A stretch of 64,000 nt of DNA, taken from the NCBI RefSeq assembly GCF_006345805.1, contig NC_043018.1:18662001-18726000 (forward strand), in the 5' to 3' direction. The notes beneath the pieces are model-generated. The model ran no database searches and was not told the DNA's origin. It saw only the letters and a list, made by a program, of their open reading frames with translations. Numbering within the stretch: the first letter of the stretch is position 1; every line of letters begins with the position of its first letter. Shown here in pieces: positions 12,568 to 24,632 of this stretch. A program made the position numbers and the translations under genes. The DNA comes from Octopus sinensis. Lineage: Eukaryota.

Positions 12568-13574
12568 GTGAGTTGTCGATACTAAAAAATGGTAATAAAT
12601 GCCAAGACGTGTTGGCAGATAGTGAATGTCTGTTTAGATATTAAATGTCAGTTGAAGGTCCAAACGCAAAAGACACTTTCGATTTTGTTCTTGGATAAAA
12701 TAAAATAAAAATAAAAATAAAAATAAATGCAAAAAACCAGGGCCAGGAACAGTAATAAAATGGGAAATACTATTCAATAACAGAAATTCAAATAATTTGG
12801 TAGACCAAATAAATTGATATTATTAAATAATAATGATAATAATATAGAATTTAACTCAACCAAACTACAAGTGGTATGACAATCATATAAAACCTATATA
12901 AAAATGTAACCCACATCATTTGTTGACACAGATAAATGTGTAATCAAAAAATCTCATCGTTCAGAACATGGGCTGTGGTATATTACAAAGATATTAGATT
13001 TTAAAATATCCATCATTTCAATAATAAATCAGAGAAGTGAGAATCACATTCGGTGAGTAAACTTTGGTGAGTAATGTGATGTTGAAATTCTGGTGTAAAT
13101 ATTGGAAATTGTAAACCTTGTGAAGTTTGCAATTTAACTGTAACAATGGATAGTGTCTAAACACAGTGCTTTCTCGTTGACTAACCATGCGTATAAAACA
13201 AGGAACCGTAGCAGCATGTCTATATAATGTGTGGAAAAAAAACCGAAAACAAACAAAAAAACTAGACAGAGAAAATATTTATTGAGACTATATTAAGACT
13301 AAATAGAACACTCTTGAAAAGAAAAACAATAAAATATAAAAATAAACAATCAGAAAAAAAACTGAACTTAGAAGTTGTTGAAGCCATAGTGAAAGTTGAA
13401 TATTAGAGAAACCACATTGTCGGTGTTTTAGCAGAGGAGCTGTTATGGCACAAAGATAAATAGAGAGGCAGGCATGGCACAGTGCAATGTAATGATAATT
13501 ATGATTGTAATGATAACGAGGAACAGGATATTGGAATGAATAATGGTAACGATAAACAATGGTGAAAATGATAG

Positions 13575-13670
13575 TGGTGGTGGTGGTGGTGATGATGAGG
13601 AGGAGGAGGATGATGATGGTGATGATGATGATGATTATGATGATGATGATGATGATGATTATGATGATGG

Positions 13671-13705
<35 letters not shown>

Positions 13706-13900
13706 GTGATGATGATGGTGATGATGATGATGATGATGATGATGATTATTATGATGATGGTGATGATGATTATGATGATGGTGATGATGATGATGATGAT
13801 GATTATGATGATGATGGTGATGATGATGATGATGATGATTATGATGATGGTGATGATGGCAATAATAGTGATGATAATGACGATTGCCATCTTGGTGATG
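13575..13900. repeat. Imperfect (GAT)n microsatellite
   Basis: Direct reading; GAT/GGT/TAT variants. Confidence 0.95.
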
Positions 13901-15019
13901 AGGATAAAGTTGGTGGTGTGTGGTGGGTGGTGGTAATGATGATGTTGGTGATGATGATGGCAGTTACAATAATGAAGATCATAGAGTTGTTGCTATTGGT
14001 GACAGTGATGGTGACGGCAACGGTAATGATGGCAGTGATGATGATGATGAAGATGATGATGACCAAGCATAGACACAGCTATTGTCCAGTTATTCAATTG
14101 AGACCCTGGTGTGAATTGTAACGAATAGCAAACTGAAGAACAGTTTAAGATAATGAAACTAATATTGAAAGTGTGATGATGATGACGACGATGAAAATCC
14201 TGTTGGAATAATATGACAAGTCTGTGACGAAAGCTGTTAGCATCCTTGTGTATTTCTATCATCTGTTTAATGGTGAAGAAAACACCAAACGAAAGTCTGG
14301 GGAAACTAACGGTGATTTGTGTCAGTTACTGAGAGAGAGAGAAAAAAAAATAAACGTAAATAAAATTTGTAAAAATATAGATGTAATAAAAAAAAAAGAG
14401 AATGTGAAAAATGGAGGGGGGAGGGGAGTTGGGCTCAACACAGATATATTTCTAAAACTGCGTTAGATAGGACGATTCTTGGAAAATGAAAAAAAAAAAA
14501 AACAAAAGTTATCCAAAAAAATGAAACGATAAACAGCAGAGAATCTTATCAAAAAACTTCGATCCAACCTCAACAGAGAAATTTCCAGGAACAACTTAGC
14601 ACTAATGTTGAATAGATAAAGTGTTTTTGGTCATTTATAGACACCTGAGATGGAAGAAATATCATTATTCAATCATACAGACATACATACATAGATACAT
14701 TCATAAACACACACCACACACACACACACACACACAAACAAACAAACACACATACGTTGGTTTATATTGGATGAAGGAGAGGGAAGTGCTTAATACACGA
14801 TGTAGAGAATCTGTGTTTTTTTTTTATTGAAACTGAGAGTCTTGTGACTCGTGTTTCATGCCTGCAGTGGAATGAAACTCGAGTCACAAGACAAGCACAC
14901 AGTTTTGGTTTCAATAAAAAAAGATGTGTGTCCATGTGTATATATATATGTCTATATATATGTATATTTATATATATACCAATACATACCTACATTCATA
15001 TATATATATATATATATAT

Positions 15020-15332
15020 GGTGGCATGTAACAAACACCATCCGATCGTAACCATTGCCAGCCTCGCCTGGCCTCCGTGCCGGTGGCACGTAAAAAACAC
15101 CATCCGAGCGTGGCCGTTTGCCAGCCTCGTCTGGCACCTGTGTTGGTGGCACATAAAAAGCACCCACTACACTCACGGAGTGGTTGGCGTTAGGAAGGGC
15201 ATCCAGCTGTAGAAACACTGCCAGATCTGACTGGACTGGTGCAGCCTTCTGGCTTCCCAGACCTCCAGTTGAACCGTCCAACTCATGCTAGCATGGAAAG
15301 CGCACATTAAACGATGATGATGATGATGATGA
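15020..15332 (+). mobile_element. RTE-tail retroposon family C with ~3 internal ~62-bp subunits
   Basis: ggtggcacgtaaaaa..caccatccga subunits, then cacccactacactcacggagtggttggcgttaggaagggc...ttaaacgatgatgatg. Confidence 0.8.
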
Positions 15333-15854
15333 TATATATATATATACAATGCATGGTATTATAAGTTCAGCAAAATTTAGATTCAGATGAATATGGTACC
15401 TAAGTTAAAGGCACCAGAATTTGGGGTGATTAAAATCAAAATAAGCAACAAGGATATCCAAGGTAGTGTAGTACAATCGTTTCATGCTACTTCATTTTAT
15501 TAAACACTGTAAGTATTACATCAGTTTTAAAATGTTGAGCAATCTTCAGCCACATATAGAATTTTTTAATTAAATGGACAATGTACATTTTTATACTTAT
15601 TTCATTTGCCATATATATATATCGTTTTACCATTTAAAGCTGAGTGGGGACATTAGCACCCTTGTTCTTGGTGTAACGATACAGTGTTGCATCGGTAGCC
15701 AGCTGGGAAAGATGTTTTGCTAGAGCTAAAAAGGGTAGTAACATTGTCCTAACCAGGACTGCCACTTTATGTTCGCAAATATATTTTACTCTATAGTACA
15801 ATTACTACTTACTTCTCGCTCAGAGATTTAAAACTAATGGTTTTCCTCTTTAGA

Positions 15855-15909
<55 letters not shown>

Positions 15910-15983
15910 TATATACACACAATACATACAAACATACGTATGTATGTGTGTGCACTTGCATGTATCTATTTACATATATATAT

Positions 15984-16026
<43 letters not shown>

Positions 16027-17257
16027 ATGTATGTATGTATGAGTGTGACTTTCATCATCATCATTCTATAACATCTGCTCTCCATGCTGGCATGGTTTCT
16101 ATGGCTGGATGCCCTTCCTAATGCCAACTACTTCTCAGAGTGTGTTGTATGTGTTTTTGGTGTCACACGTGTGAACTTGTATATATATATGATTTATATG
16201 TATATCCATAATATGGATATGTACGTGTGTGTGTGTGTATGTGTGTGTATGTGTGCACGCGCATGTGTGTGTGTGTGTGTGTGTGTGTGCATATATGCAA
16301 CAAGGTAAGAGCTCCCTGTGCCCTGGGAGAAAAGGATTAAGGAGGCCCATCTACCAAATTCCATTCTCAAGGTATTTGTCAATGGCAGGCCATGACAGAA
16401 GACCCAGAATCTCAGACTTGCAAGGAGGAACCGTTTAACCACACAGTCAAACCGACAACCAATTCATAACAACAATTTTTAGTTTTGTGGCAGTGAATGG
16501 TAAAGTTTGGAAGAAACTTGTGGAAACAAACAAAAATAATGTGACAACACCAGGGAGACAAACTTAACACATTAAATACATCAGGTAGATCTGTTTCCTA
16601 ACACCTACACACACACACACAACACATATCCATTCAAACACCTACACACACACACACAACACACACCCATTCAAACACCTCCACACATAACCTTAATAGA
16701 AAAACATTATTTTCCACAGAGATTAAAACTTTTAAGCAATTTTATTTAAATGGTTTTTATTTGAACAATTTTTACCATTTTAACAAATCACACTTAATAA
16801 TGAATAGAACTTATCTCTAGATATTTCTCAAGAGATTTCATAGATTTTTTTTTCTAAACATTTGCCAAAAAGTCTAAGAGCAAAGCGACTTAAACAGACC
16901 AAAATATATTTGTAGAATTCAAAATGATTGAACAGTGTCGCTCACTCTAAGACCAGCAACAATATTTCAGCAGATTGACCTCATTTAAATACTGGGCAAA
17001 GGGAATCCATCGCAAGAGACCTGACTCGGTGACTTGACTTGCTAGCAATAATAACCAAATCTGTCAAATTCCATTGTTTTGAAATAAGATATAAATGTAG
17101 TCTTATATACATTATGTCTGAGAAATGGAAAAAGAAAAATCTAAATGCTCACAGCTAGAATGGAACAGTGGAAAGAATTGCTCAAGCAGGCAACATTGAT
17201 GTGAAAAATCTCCACCAGTACATTCCCAAATCAGAAACAATATATTTTAGTCCTCAG

Positions 17258-17838
17258 GCAGTGAACTAGCAGAAACGTTAGCACACTGGGCGAAATGCAT
17301 AGCAGTATTTCACCTGTCTTTATGTTCTGAGTTCAAATTCTGCTGAGGTTGACTTTGCCTTTCATCCTTTTGGGGTCGATTAAATAAGTACCAGTTATGC
17401 ACTGGGGACGATATAATCGACTTAATCCGTTTGTCTGTCCTTGTTTGTCCCCTCTATGTTTAGCCCCTTCTGGGTAGTAAAGATATAGGTATTTCACCTG
17501 TCTTTATGTTCTGAGTTCAAATTCTGCCGAGGTCGACTTTGCCTTTCATCCCTTCGGGGTCGATTAAATAAGTACCAGTTACGCACTGGGGACGATATAA
17601 TCGACTTAATCCGTTTGTCTGTCCTTGTTTGTCCCCTCTGTGCTTAGCCCCTTGTGGGTAGTAAAGAAATAGGTATTTCGTCTGTCTTTATGTTCTGAGT
17701 TCAAATTCTGCTGAGGTTGACTTTGCCTTTCATCTTTTTTGGGGTCGATAAATTGTGTACCAATTGTGTACTGGGGTAAATCTAATTGACTGGCCCCCTC
17801 CCCAAAACTTTCAGGCCTTGTGCCGAGAGTAGAAAAGA
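17258..17838 (+). mobile_element. Tandem trimer of tRNA-head SINE family A (184-bp period)
   Basis: gtatttc..ctgtctttatgttctgagttcaaattc recurs at 17305, 17489 and 17673. B-box-like GTTCAAATTC. The core cctttcatcctttcggggtcgat..aagtaccag resembles the MetaSINE domain as I recall it. Confidence 0.85.
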
Positions 17839-18879
17839 ATATATTTTAAGATCTCTCTCGGCCATTTACTGTCCTCAAATGAATAGACACCTCATTGAGC
17901 AGTAAGGATTTTGTTGTCTTAAGGAGTGGCAGACAACTTGATAAGAGTTGATGCCATTGTATGCTAGCCTCCAGTGCACATTACGAAGTGGTTGGTGAAT
18001 GAGCAGAGACGAAATATTCTTGAGAAGACTCTTTAGTCTTGCTGAGACTGTGATGGCCTCTCATTAGCGTTGGTGCCATGATAGAATATACCCAATAAAA
18101 CTGGTAAAGCAGATGTAATTAGAAAACGGTGTCCAGCTGTAGAAAGCAAGCCAAAGAACTGAAAGATACAGGTAAAAGGTATGCACCTCCAACTGGATGA
18201 GGAGGGCAGACATTCTGATTGAGAACTCTTACTATGATGACCAGTCCGAAATGGGAAATGGATGGAAAAAGGACGATGACGATGGTGATGGAATTCATTT
18301 TCAATAATTAACATGAGAAATCTCACAGTCAGAACACTATGCTCAATCAGCTGGCTGTGTGTGTGTGTGTGTGTGCGTGTGCGTGCATGCATGTGTGTGT
18401 GCGTGTGCGTGCATGCATGTGTGTGTGTGTGTGCATGCATGTGTGTGTGTGTGTGTGTGTGTGTGTGGACATTAAAATGATGATGATGATGCAGTTTTGA
18501 TTGATCAAATCTGCCCCACGACTGGCACCGTATAACTTGCTTCTGCTACAAATACCTTCAACTTGGTCAATCTTAAGTCAATAATGGAGCTCCTATGAGG
18601 TTGATTATTCTGCTAAAAACACCAGTCAAATCTCCCACAAATCACAATTTAATTTCTTGAAAAAATGAACAAATTGAACACTTTAGTCCAAGAGGTAGAA
18701 TAGTTGGGGTAAAAGATGGTAATGGAATGCCATTAATCATAGGCCTGTCCAGCCAGAGGTGATGGTGGTGGAGAGGCTGACATATGGCTACACAATATCA
18801 ACAGCCAAATCTGGTCCAACAAGTTGTCCTAAAATCTTATGTTGTTGCCGTCAGCATCACTGCCAACAACAATACCTAT

Positions 18880-19275
18880 TTCTTTACTACCCACAAGGGG
18901 CTACACACAGAAGGGACAAACAAGGACAGACAAACGACCTCAGTGCGTAACTGGTACTTATTTATAAATAAGTACCAGTTACGCACCAGTGCGTAACTGT
19001 TCTTGGTGTAGCACCATTAGGACCTAAAATATATTGTTTCTGATTTGGAAATTTACTGGTGGAGATTTTTCACTTCAATGTTGCCTGCTTGAGCAATTCT
19101 TTCCACTGTTCCATTCTAGCTTGAGCATTTAGATTTTTCTTTTTCTATTTCTGATATAATCGACCCCGAAAGTATGAAAGGCAAAGTCGACCTCAGCGGA
19201 ATTTCAACTCAGAACGTAGCAGCAGATGAAATACCGCCAAGCATTTTGCCCAGCGTGCTAACGTTTCTGCCACCA
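18880..19275 (-). mobile_element. SINE family A interrupted by a palindrome and a templated insertion
   Basis: SINE head at ~19275-19155 and tail at ~18965-18880, with foreign sequence between them. Confidence 0.8.
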
Positions 19276-19339
19276 TCACTGCATCCACCACCACCACCAC
19301 ATCATCATCATCATCATTACATTTTCATATTTGTCCGGA

Positions 19340-19670
19340 TCTGAAAGGTCCTCTCTTACACATCCCACCTTTTGCTGCAGTCCAATGTCATCTCTTCGAC
19401 ATGGCACAACATTTTACCGTTTCTTCTCATGCTTCCTTTGGTCTTCTTCCTCTTCCCCACACAGCTTCCTTCCCTCTGGATTACTTAGCACCAATAAACC
19501 ACCTTCCATACATCTCACATGTCCATGCTATATAACCCTTCTCTCTTTCTCACTACACCCAAATTCCCTTCCAGGGACTTTTCCTCTCAACACATTCCTC
19601 CTCTTCATCAATTATCCACACAAACATCCCACATCCAGCAGAGCACACTCCATATTTTTATCTCCCCAGC
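19340..19670 (-). mobile_element. Probable highly decayed RTE-like LINE 3' fragment
   Basis: Minus-strand remnants resembling GHVxRM...EG..GRGRPK; no intact frame. Confidence 0.3.
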
Positions 19671-19671
19671 C

Positions 19672-19963
19672 TTTTGTACATCCACTGTATTCAATGCCTG
19701 TGTTACGCTCCCATGCAATATCGTACGTTTGTATACAAGTATTAGACAACATACACAATATATTGTTATATAGAGAATCGTTTTCTTGCCAGGGAGAAGT
19801 AATAACACCCTGAACTTTTTGTACATCCACTGTATTCAATGCCTGTGTTATACTCCCATGCAATATCGTACGTTTGTATACAAGTATTAGACAACATACA
19901 CAATATATGTTATATAGAGAATCGTTTTCTTGCCAGGGAGAAGTAATAACACCCTGAACTTTT
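19672..19963. repeat. ~145-bp tandem duplication (2 copies)
   Basis: ttttgtacatccactgtattcaatgcc...gtaataacaccctgaac occurs twice with few differences. Confidence 0.92.
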
Positions 19964-20659
19964 CCCATTCCATTCTTATTCCGGTTATGATTCTTTTAGA
20001 ACACAGCCATTTACTGATTTGGTCACCCAGGAAACAGAAGCCGTCAACTATTTCTTGCATTTGAAAGAACCCGTTTTATGAATGCTATTGCAATGAACTA
20101 TTGTGCACCTGCTGTGTAGTCTTTCTTCTTCGTCAACCTATATCTCTTGTCCATTGTAAATCTCAATTTTGGAATAAACGACAATCATAATTGGATGATA
20201 ATTCTAATAAGAACACTGAATGATTCTTTGATTAACGAATGCAATGTCATATTTCCATTGAAGTCGAAATAATTAGGATCACTCGACAAAGTTAATTATC
20301 TTCGGAATCGTATTTGTTTAACAAGAAACTTGATTTGAAATACCATGGATAGAAACTGAAATAATGACCCTGGGGGAAGAGTTATTTTAACTGTTGAATC
20401 ACACACACACAAAAACATATCCACACGTTAGTTAAAATAAACCATGTATAGAAGTGGTTCTCAAAAATGGGATTCATATGGCCCCTGATGGTCCATATAA
20501 GATGTTGGGTGTTCCATGCAACAAAATAGGAAATTGGGGACCCACAATAGTATTTTAAGGGCTCCTGAGGAAATTTTGCTTTAGATGGACAATAAACTAT
20601 GCTTGTGAAGACCTGTTGAGGCAAGTGAAATCAAAATCGCTGACATGGCCGATGACAGC

Positions 20660-21135
20660 ACAGCCTGAATGGCACTTGTGCCAGTAGAACGTTAAAAGCA
20701 CCATCTGAGCATGATTGTTGCCAGGGCCACTGACTGGCTCCCATGCTGGTGGAATGTAAAAAGCACCATTCGAGCATGATCGTTGTCAGCATCGCCTTAC
20801 TGGCACATCTGCCGGTGGCACATGAGAAACAACATTCAAGCGTGGTCATTGCCAGTGCCACCGGACTGGCTCCTGTGCAGGTGGCACATAAAAAAACACT
20901 CTTTGTGCATGGTCATTGCCAGTACCACCTGGCTAGCCCTTGTGCCAGTGGCACGTAAAAGCACCCACTACACTCTCAGAGTGGTTGGTGTTAGGAAGGG
21001 CATCCAGCTGTAGAAACTTTGCCAGATTAGATTGGAGCCTAGTGCAGCCTTCTGTCTCACCAGTCCTCAATCAAACTGTCCAACCCATGCCAGCATGGAA
21101 AGCAGATGTTAAGCGACAATGATGATGATGATGAC
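20660..21135 (+). mobile_element. Older family C copy with several diverged internal subunits
   Basis: Repeated (g)gtggcac.t.aaaagcacc motifs, then the family C 3' end and (GAT)n. Confidence 0.75.
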
Positions 21136-21367
21136 ATATGTATTGGTATGTATTACAAGAAACAGTGAGGTTTCATTTTACATAGTTCAAACTACACAAA
21201 TTAATGTGATAAAACAAGTTTCTGTAAAACTAGTTTTTAAACATGGAATGACCGTGGTGGGGGTCCACTAGAATGAAATAGTATTGAAAGGGGTCCTTAG
21301 GTAAAAAAAATGGTTGGGAACCCCTTCTTTAAATGTATGGATGATGCAATCACAGTGCGCCTTTAAA

Positions 21368-21950
21368 TATGGTTTCTGATTATAAATATCTTGGGTCATA
21401 CATATCATCATCTGGAAAAGACTTTCTAACTAGAAAGGGTATGGCCTGGTCAGCCTGTACTGACATGCATAAGATCTGGTCATCAAATCTAAGTAGAGAC
21501 TTCAAACTTGAAATATTCAAGCCACAGTCGAACCATTCTACTATATGGCTCAGAAACCTGGACGTTATCAAAGAAGCTTGAGAGGCGGTTGGATGGAACC
21601 TACACTCGCCTCCTTATGAGAGCTCAAAATCTCTTGTGGAAGCGCCATCCAACCAAAATGCAAATATATGGGAATTACCACCTGTGTCATCTCTTGTGAA
21701 AGGTAGGAGAGTCCAGTTTGCTGGACATTGTTGTAGAGCTGAAAAAGAAGTAATTTCTACTCTTCTCCTCTGGAAGCCATCTACTCGCAATACCAGAGGG
21801 CGCACACTCTCCTACCCTGATGTAATCTCCAGGGATACAGGCATCCAGCAACAGGACCTCTGTAATGCTATGATGGACCGTGAAGTCTGGCGTAACATAG
21901 TAAATTCCATTGTCTCGACCACGGTCGAACAATGATGAATGATGATTAAA
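21368..21950 (+). mobile_element. RTE/RTEX-clade LINE 3' end, frameshifted
   Basis: YKYLGSYI...RKGMAWSAC..MHKIWSS / ILLYGSETWTLSKKLERRLDGTYTRLL / RRVQFAGHC...DREVWR, followed by a TGA-repeat tail. Confidence 0.88.
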
Positions 21951-22085
21951 TGTATGTATTGGTGTTTATTGCAAGAAACAGCTGGGTTCCTTTCTCTAAC
22001 ATTTCACATTGTTCAACCTACACAAGTTAATGTGTGGAAAATAAAATAGGAATTTTCAAAGAAGTTTCTATAAACTAGTGTTTAA

Positions 22086-22306
22086 CCCTTTAGTGTTTAA
22101 ACCAGCCATATCCGGCCAAAATATTCTACCAATTTTATGTTCAAACTAGTCAGATATGGTCATTCATAGCTACCTCATTGTGTCATTTTAAAAATAAACA
22201 ATCACATCATTGAAATCTCAAAGCCATGAAATGATGCAAGATTAATTTTACATGGTGTGAATACATAAGCTTTTACATTTGACAGAATAATCTGAATGCT
22301 AAAGGG
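22086..22306 (+). mobile_element. piggyBac-like MITE (TTAA TSD) nested in a hAT-like MITE
   Basis: TTAA|CCCTTTAG...CTAAAGGG|TTAA. Host-family copies near 21230, 32095 and 62408 show a single TTAA. Confidence 0.85.
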
Positions 22307-23847
22307 TTAAAAATTGAATGGCTCTGGTGGGGTCCACCAGAATGAAATACTAATCAAAGAGGCCCATAGATTAAAAATGGTTGAGAACTCCTGGTATACA
22401 GTGTCTATATCTCTCATCACACTTTCGTAGCCAAATCAATGAATAATACCCAAAACGGGTTACATTTCCTTCTGCTTGTGTCTTGGAACAGCACGGAACG
22501 TAGAGATGGGATATTTTGTCACACTCCTGTAGCCAAGCCACTGAGATATTTCCACTTCACCTTTTGTAAATCAAATATTAGCTAATTTTCATAAAACCGC
22601 CTGGGAGGATTTTTTAATTCTAATTGAATTGTTCATTAAACATGGGAATGTCACTTTGACAGAGAAAATAATTCTTTTATGCTCAGCCCCCCCCCCCCCC
22701 CTGATGTTCCTTTGTAAACAAAGTATATGACTTTTTGGTTTTTTGAAATTTTGGCCTTTTCTTCTTCTTTATAAATTACTCTTATTTATATCATTATCTT
22801 TATTATTATTTAAATTTTTCTGTTTTTGTGGCATAGATGGGGGGTGAGGTTCAATAATTAGAGACACAGTTTGCTATGTGTTTATAAATTTTATTAAAGT
22901 ATGTTAATAACATCAGAGGTACAGGCACGGCTGTGTCATTAAGAAGTTCATTTCACAACCATGGGGTTTTGAGTTCAATCCCATGGTGCAGCACCTTGGG
23001 CAGGTATCTTCATCCATAGCCACAGATCAGCCAATGTTTTGTAGATGACTTTGGTAGATGGAAACTGTGCAGAAGCCTACTGTGTATGTGTGTCTGTGTA
23101 TGTGTGCCTCTGTATGTGTGTGTGTGTGAGAGAGAGTGCCTGTGTGTATGTATGTGTGTGTGAGAGTGCCTGTGTGTACAATTGTGTGTGCCTCTGTGTG
23201 AGTGTGTGTGTGTGTGTGCCTCTGTGTGTGTGTGTGTGTGTGTGTATGTGTGTGCATGTCTGTGAGTGTATGTATGTGTTTGCCTCTCACCACCTGACAA
23301 CTGGTGCTTTCGTTTTGGGGTAACAAAATCAGTTTGTTTACAAAAGCACCAACCTAGACTTGTCTACAGATTCAATTAAAGCAACACCAATGCTGCCACT
23401 CTGTCAGTTACAATGACGAGGGTCCCATTTGATCATCTCAAAGGAAGAAGCTGCTCATTAAATTAACATGCAAGTGGCTGAGTGCTCCACACACACACAC
23501 ATGCATACACTTGATGTAGTTGTAGAGGGAAATTCAGCGTGAGACAGAATATGACATGGCTGGCCCTTTGAAAATATAGGCACAACTCATATTTTGCCAG
23601 CTGAGTGAACTGGAACAACATGAAAATAAAGGGTCTTGCTGAAGGACAACATGCTGGCAGGAACCAAACTTGTGACCTTATGATTGGGAGCTGATTACCC
23701 TAACCACTAAAGCACATGCTTTTATGTGCAACACCAATATGGTGCTCGAAAAATAACGGGGTGTTACCTCAGTTCACTGGTAGTGAACAGCTGGCACCGT
23801 AGTACATCTCCAGCATTAGAAGCTGTGCAAAGACAATAAATAATAAT

Positions 23848-24124
23848 GTCCATGTCTTTCCACATTGTTCACATGGTCATTCCTTTCCACATCACCCACA
23901 CTCTTTACTCTTTACTCTTTTACTCTTTTACTTGTTTCAGTCATTTGACTGCGGCCATGCTGGAGCACCGCCTTTAGTCGAGCAAATCGACCCCGGGACT
24001 TATTCTTTGTAAGCCTAGTACTTATTCTATCGGTCTCTTTTTGCCGAACCGCTAAGTGACGGGGACGTAAACACACCAGCATCGGTTGTTAAGCAATGCT
24101 AGGGGGACAAACACAAACACACAA

Positions 24125-24159
<35 letters not shown>

Positions 24160-24632
24160 CATATATACGACAGGCTTCTTTCAGTTTCCGTCTACCAAAT
24201 CCACTCACAAGGCATTGGTCGGCCCGGGACTATAGCAGAAGACACTTGACCAAGATGCCACGCAGTGGGACTGAACCCGGAACCATGTGGTTGGTTAGCA
24301 AGCTACTTACCACACAGCCACTCAGTTTTTTTTCCACATTGTCCACATTTTCCAGTCTTTCCACATTGCCAACATGTCCATTTCTTTCCACACTGTCGAC
24401 ATGTTGATTTCCTCCTACATGACAACATGTTCATAAATTTCAACACTGCTCAACATGCTTATTTGCTCCCATACTGCCTACATGTTAATTCTTTTACGTA
24501 CCGCCCACATGTCCATGTCTTTCCACATGTTAATATCTCTCCACACTGCACACAAGTTCATTATTTTCCCCACCACCCACATGTCCATTTTTTTTTCTAC
24601 ACTGCCCACGCTTCTTAATTCTTCCCACATGT
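23848..24632. repeat. Degenerate ~27-30-bp minisatellite (tttccacactgcccacatgtccat-like) split by a SINE
   Basis: The motif is present at 23848-23900 and repeats about 10 times over 24328-24632. Confidence 0.6.
23901..24323 (-). mobile_element. Near full-length SINE family B
   Basis: (TACTCTT)n tail at 23901 and tRNA-like head near 24323; closely matches 34283-34708 and 60107-60506. Confidence 0.88.

Noticed and set aside
12932-13052. Second antisense exon downstream of the 12483 candidate (cacAG ... cg|GTGAGT)
   Set aside because: Its open frame needs phase 1, but joining to the 12483 exon gives an immediate stop in both of that exon's open frames. The acceptor is weak.
13288-14121. Poly-D/poly-M/poly-I ORFs up to 200 aa
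   Set aside because: Translations of a (GAT)n microsatellite, open in several frames on both strands; no splice or homology support.
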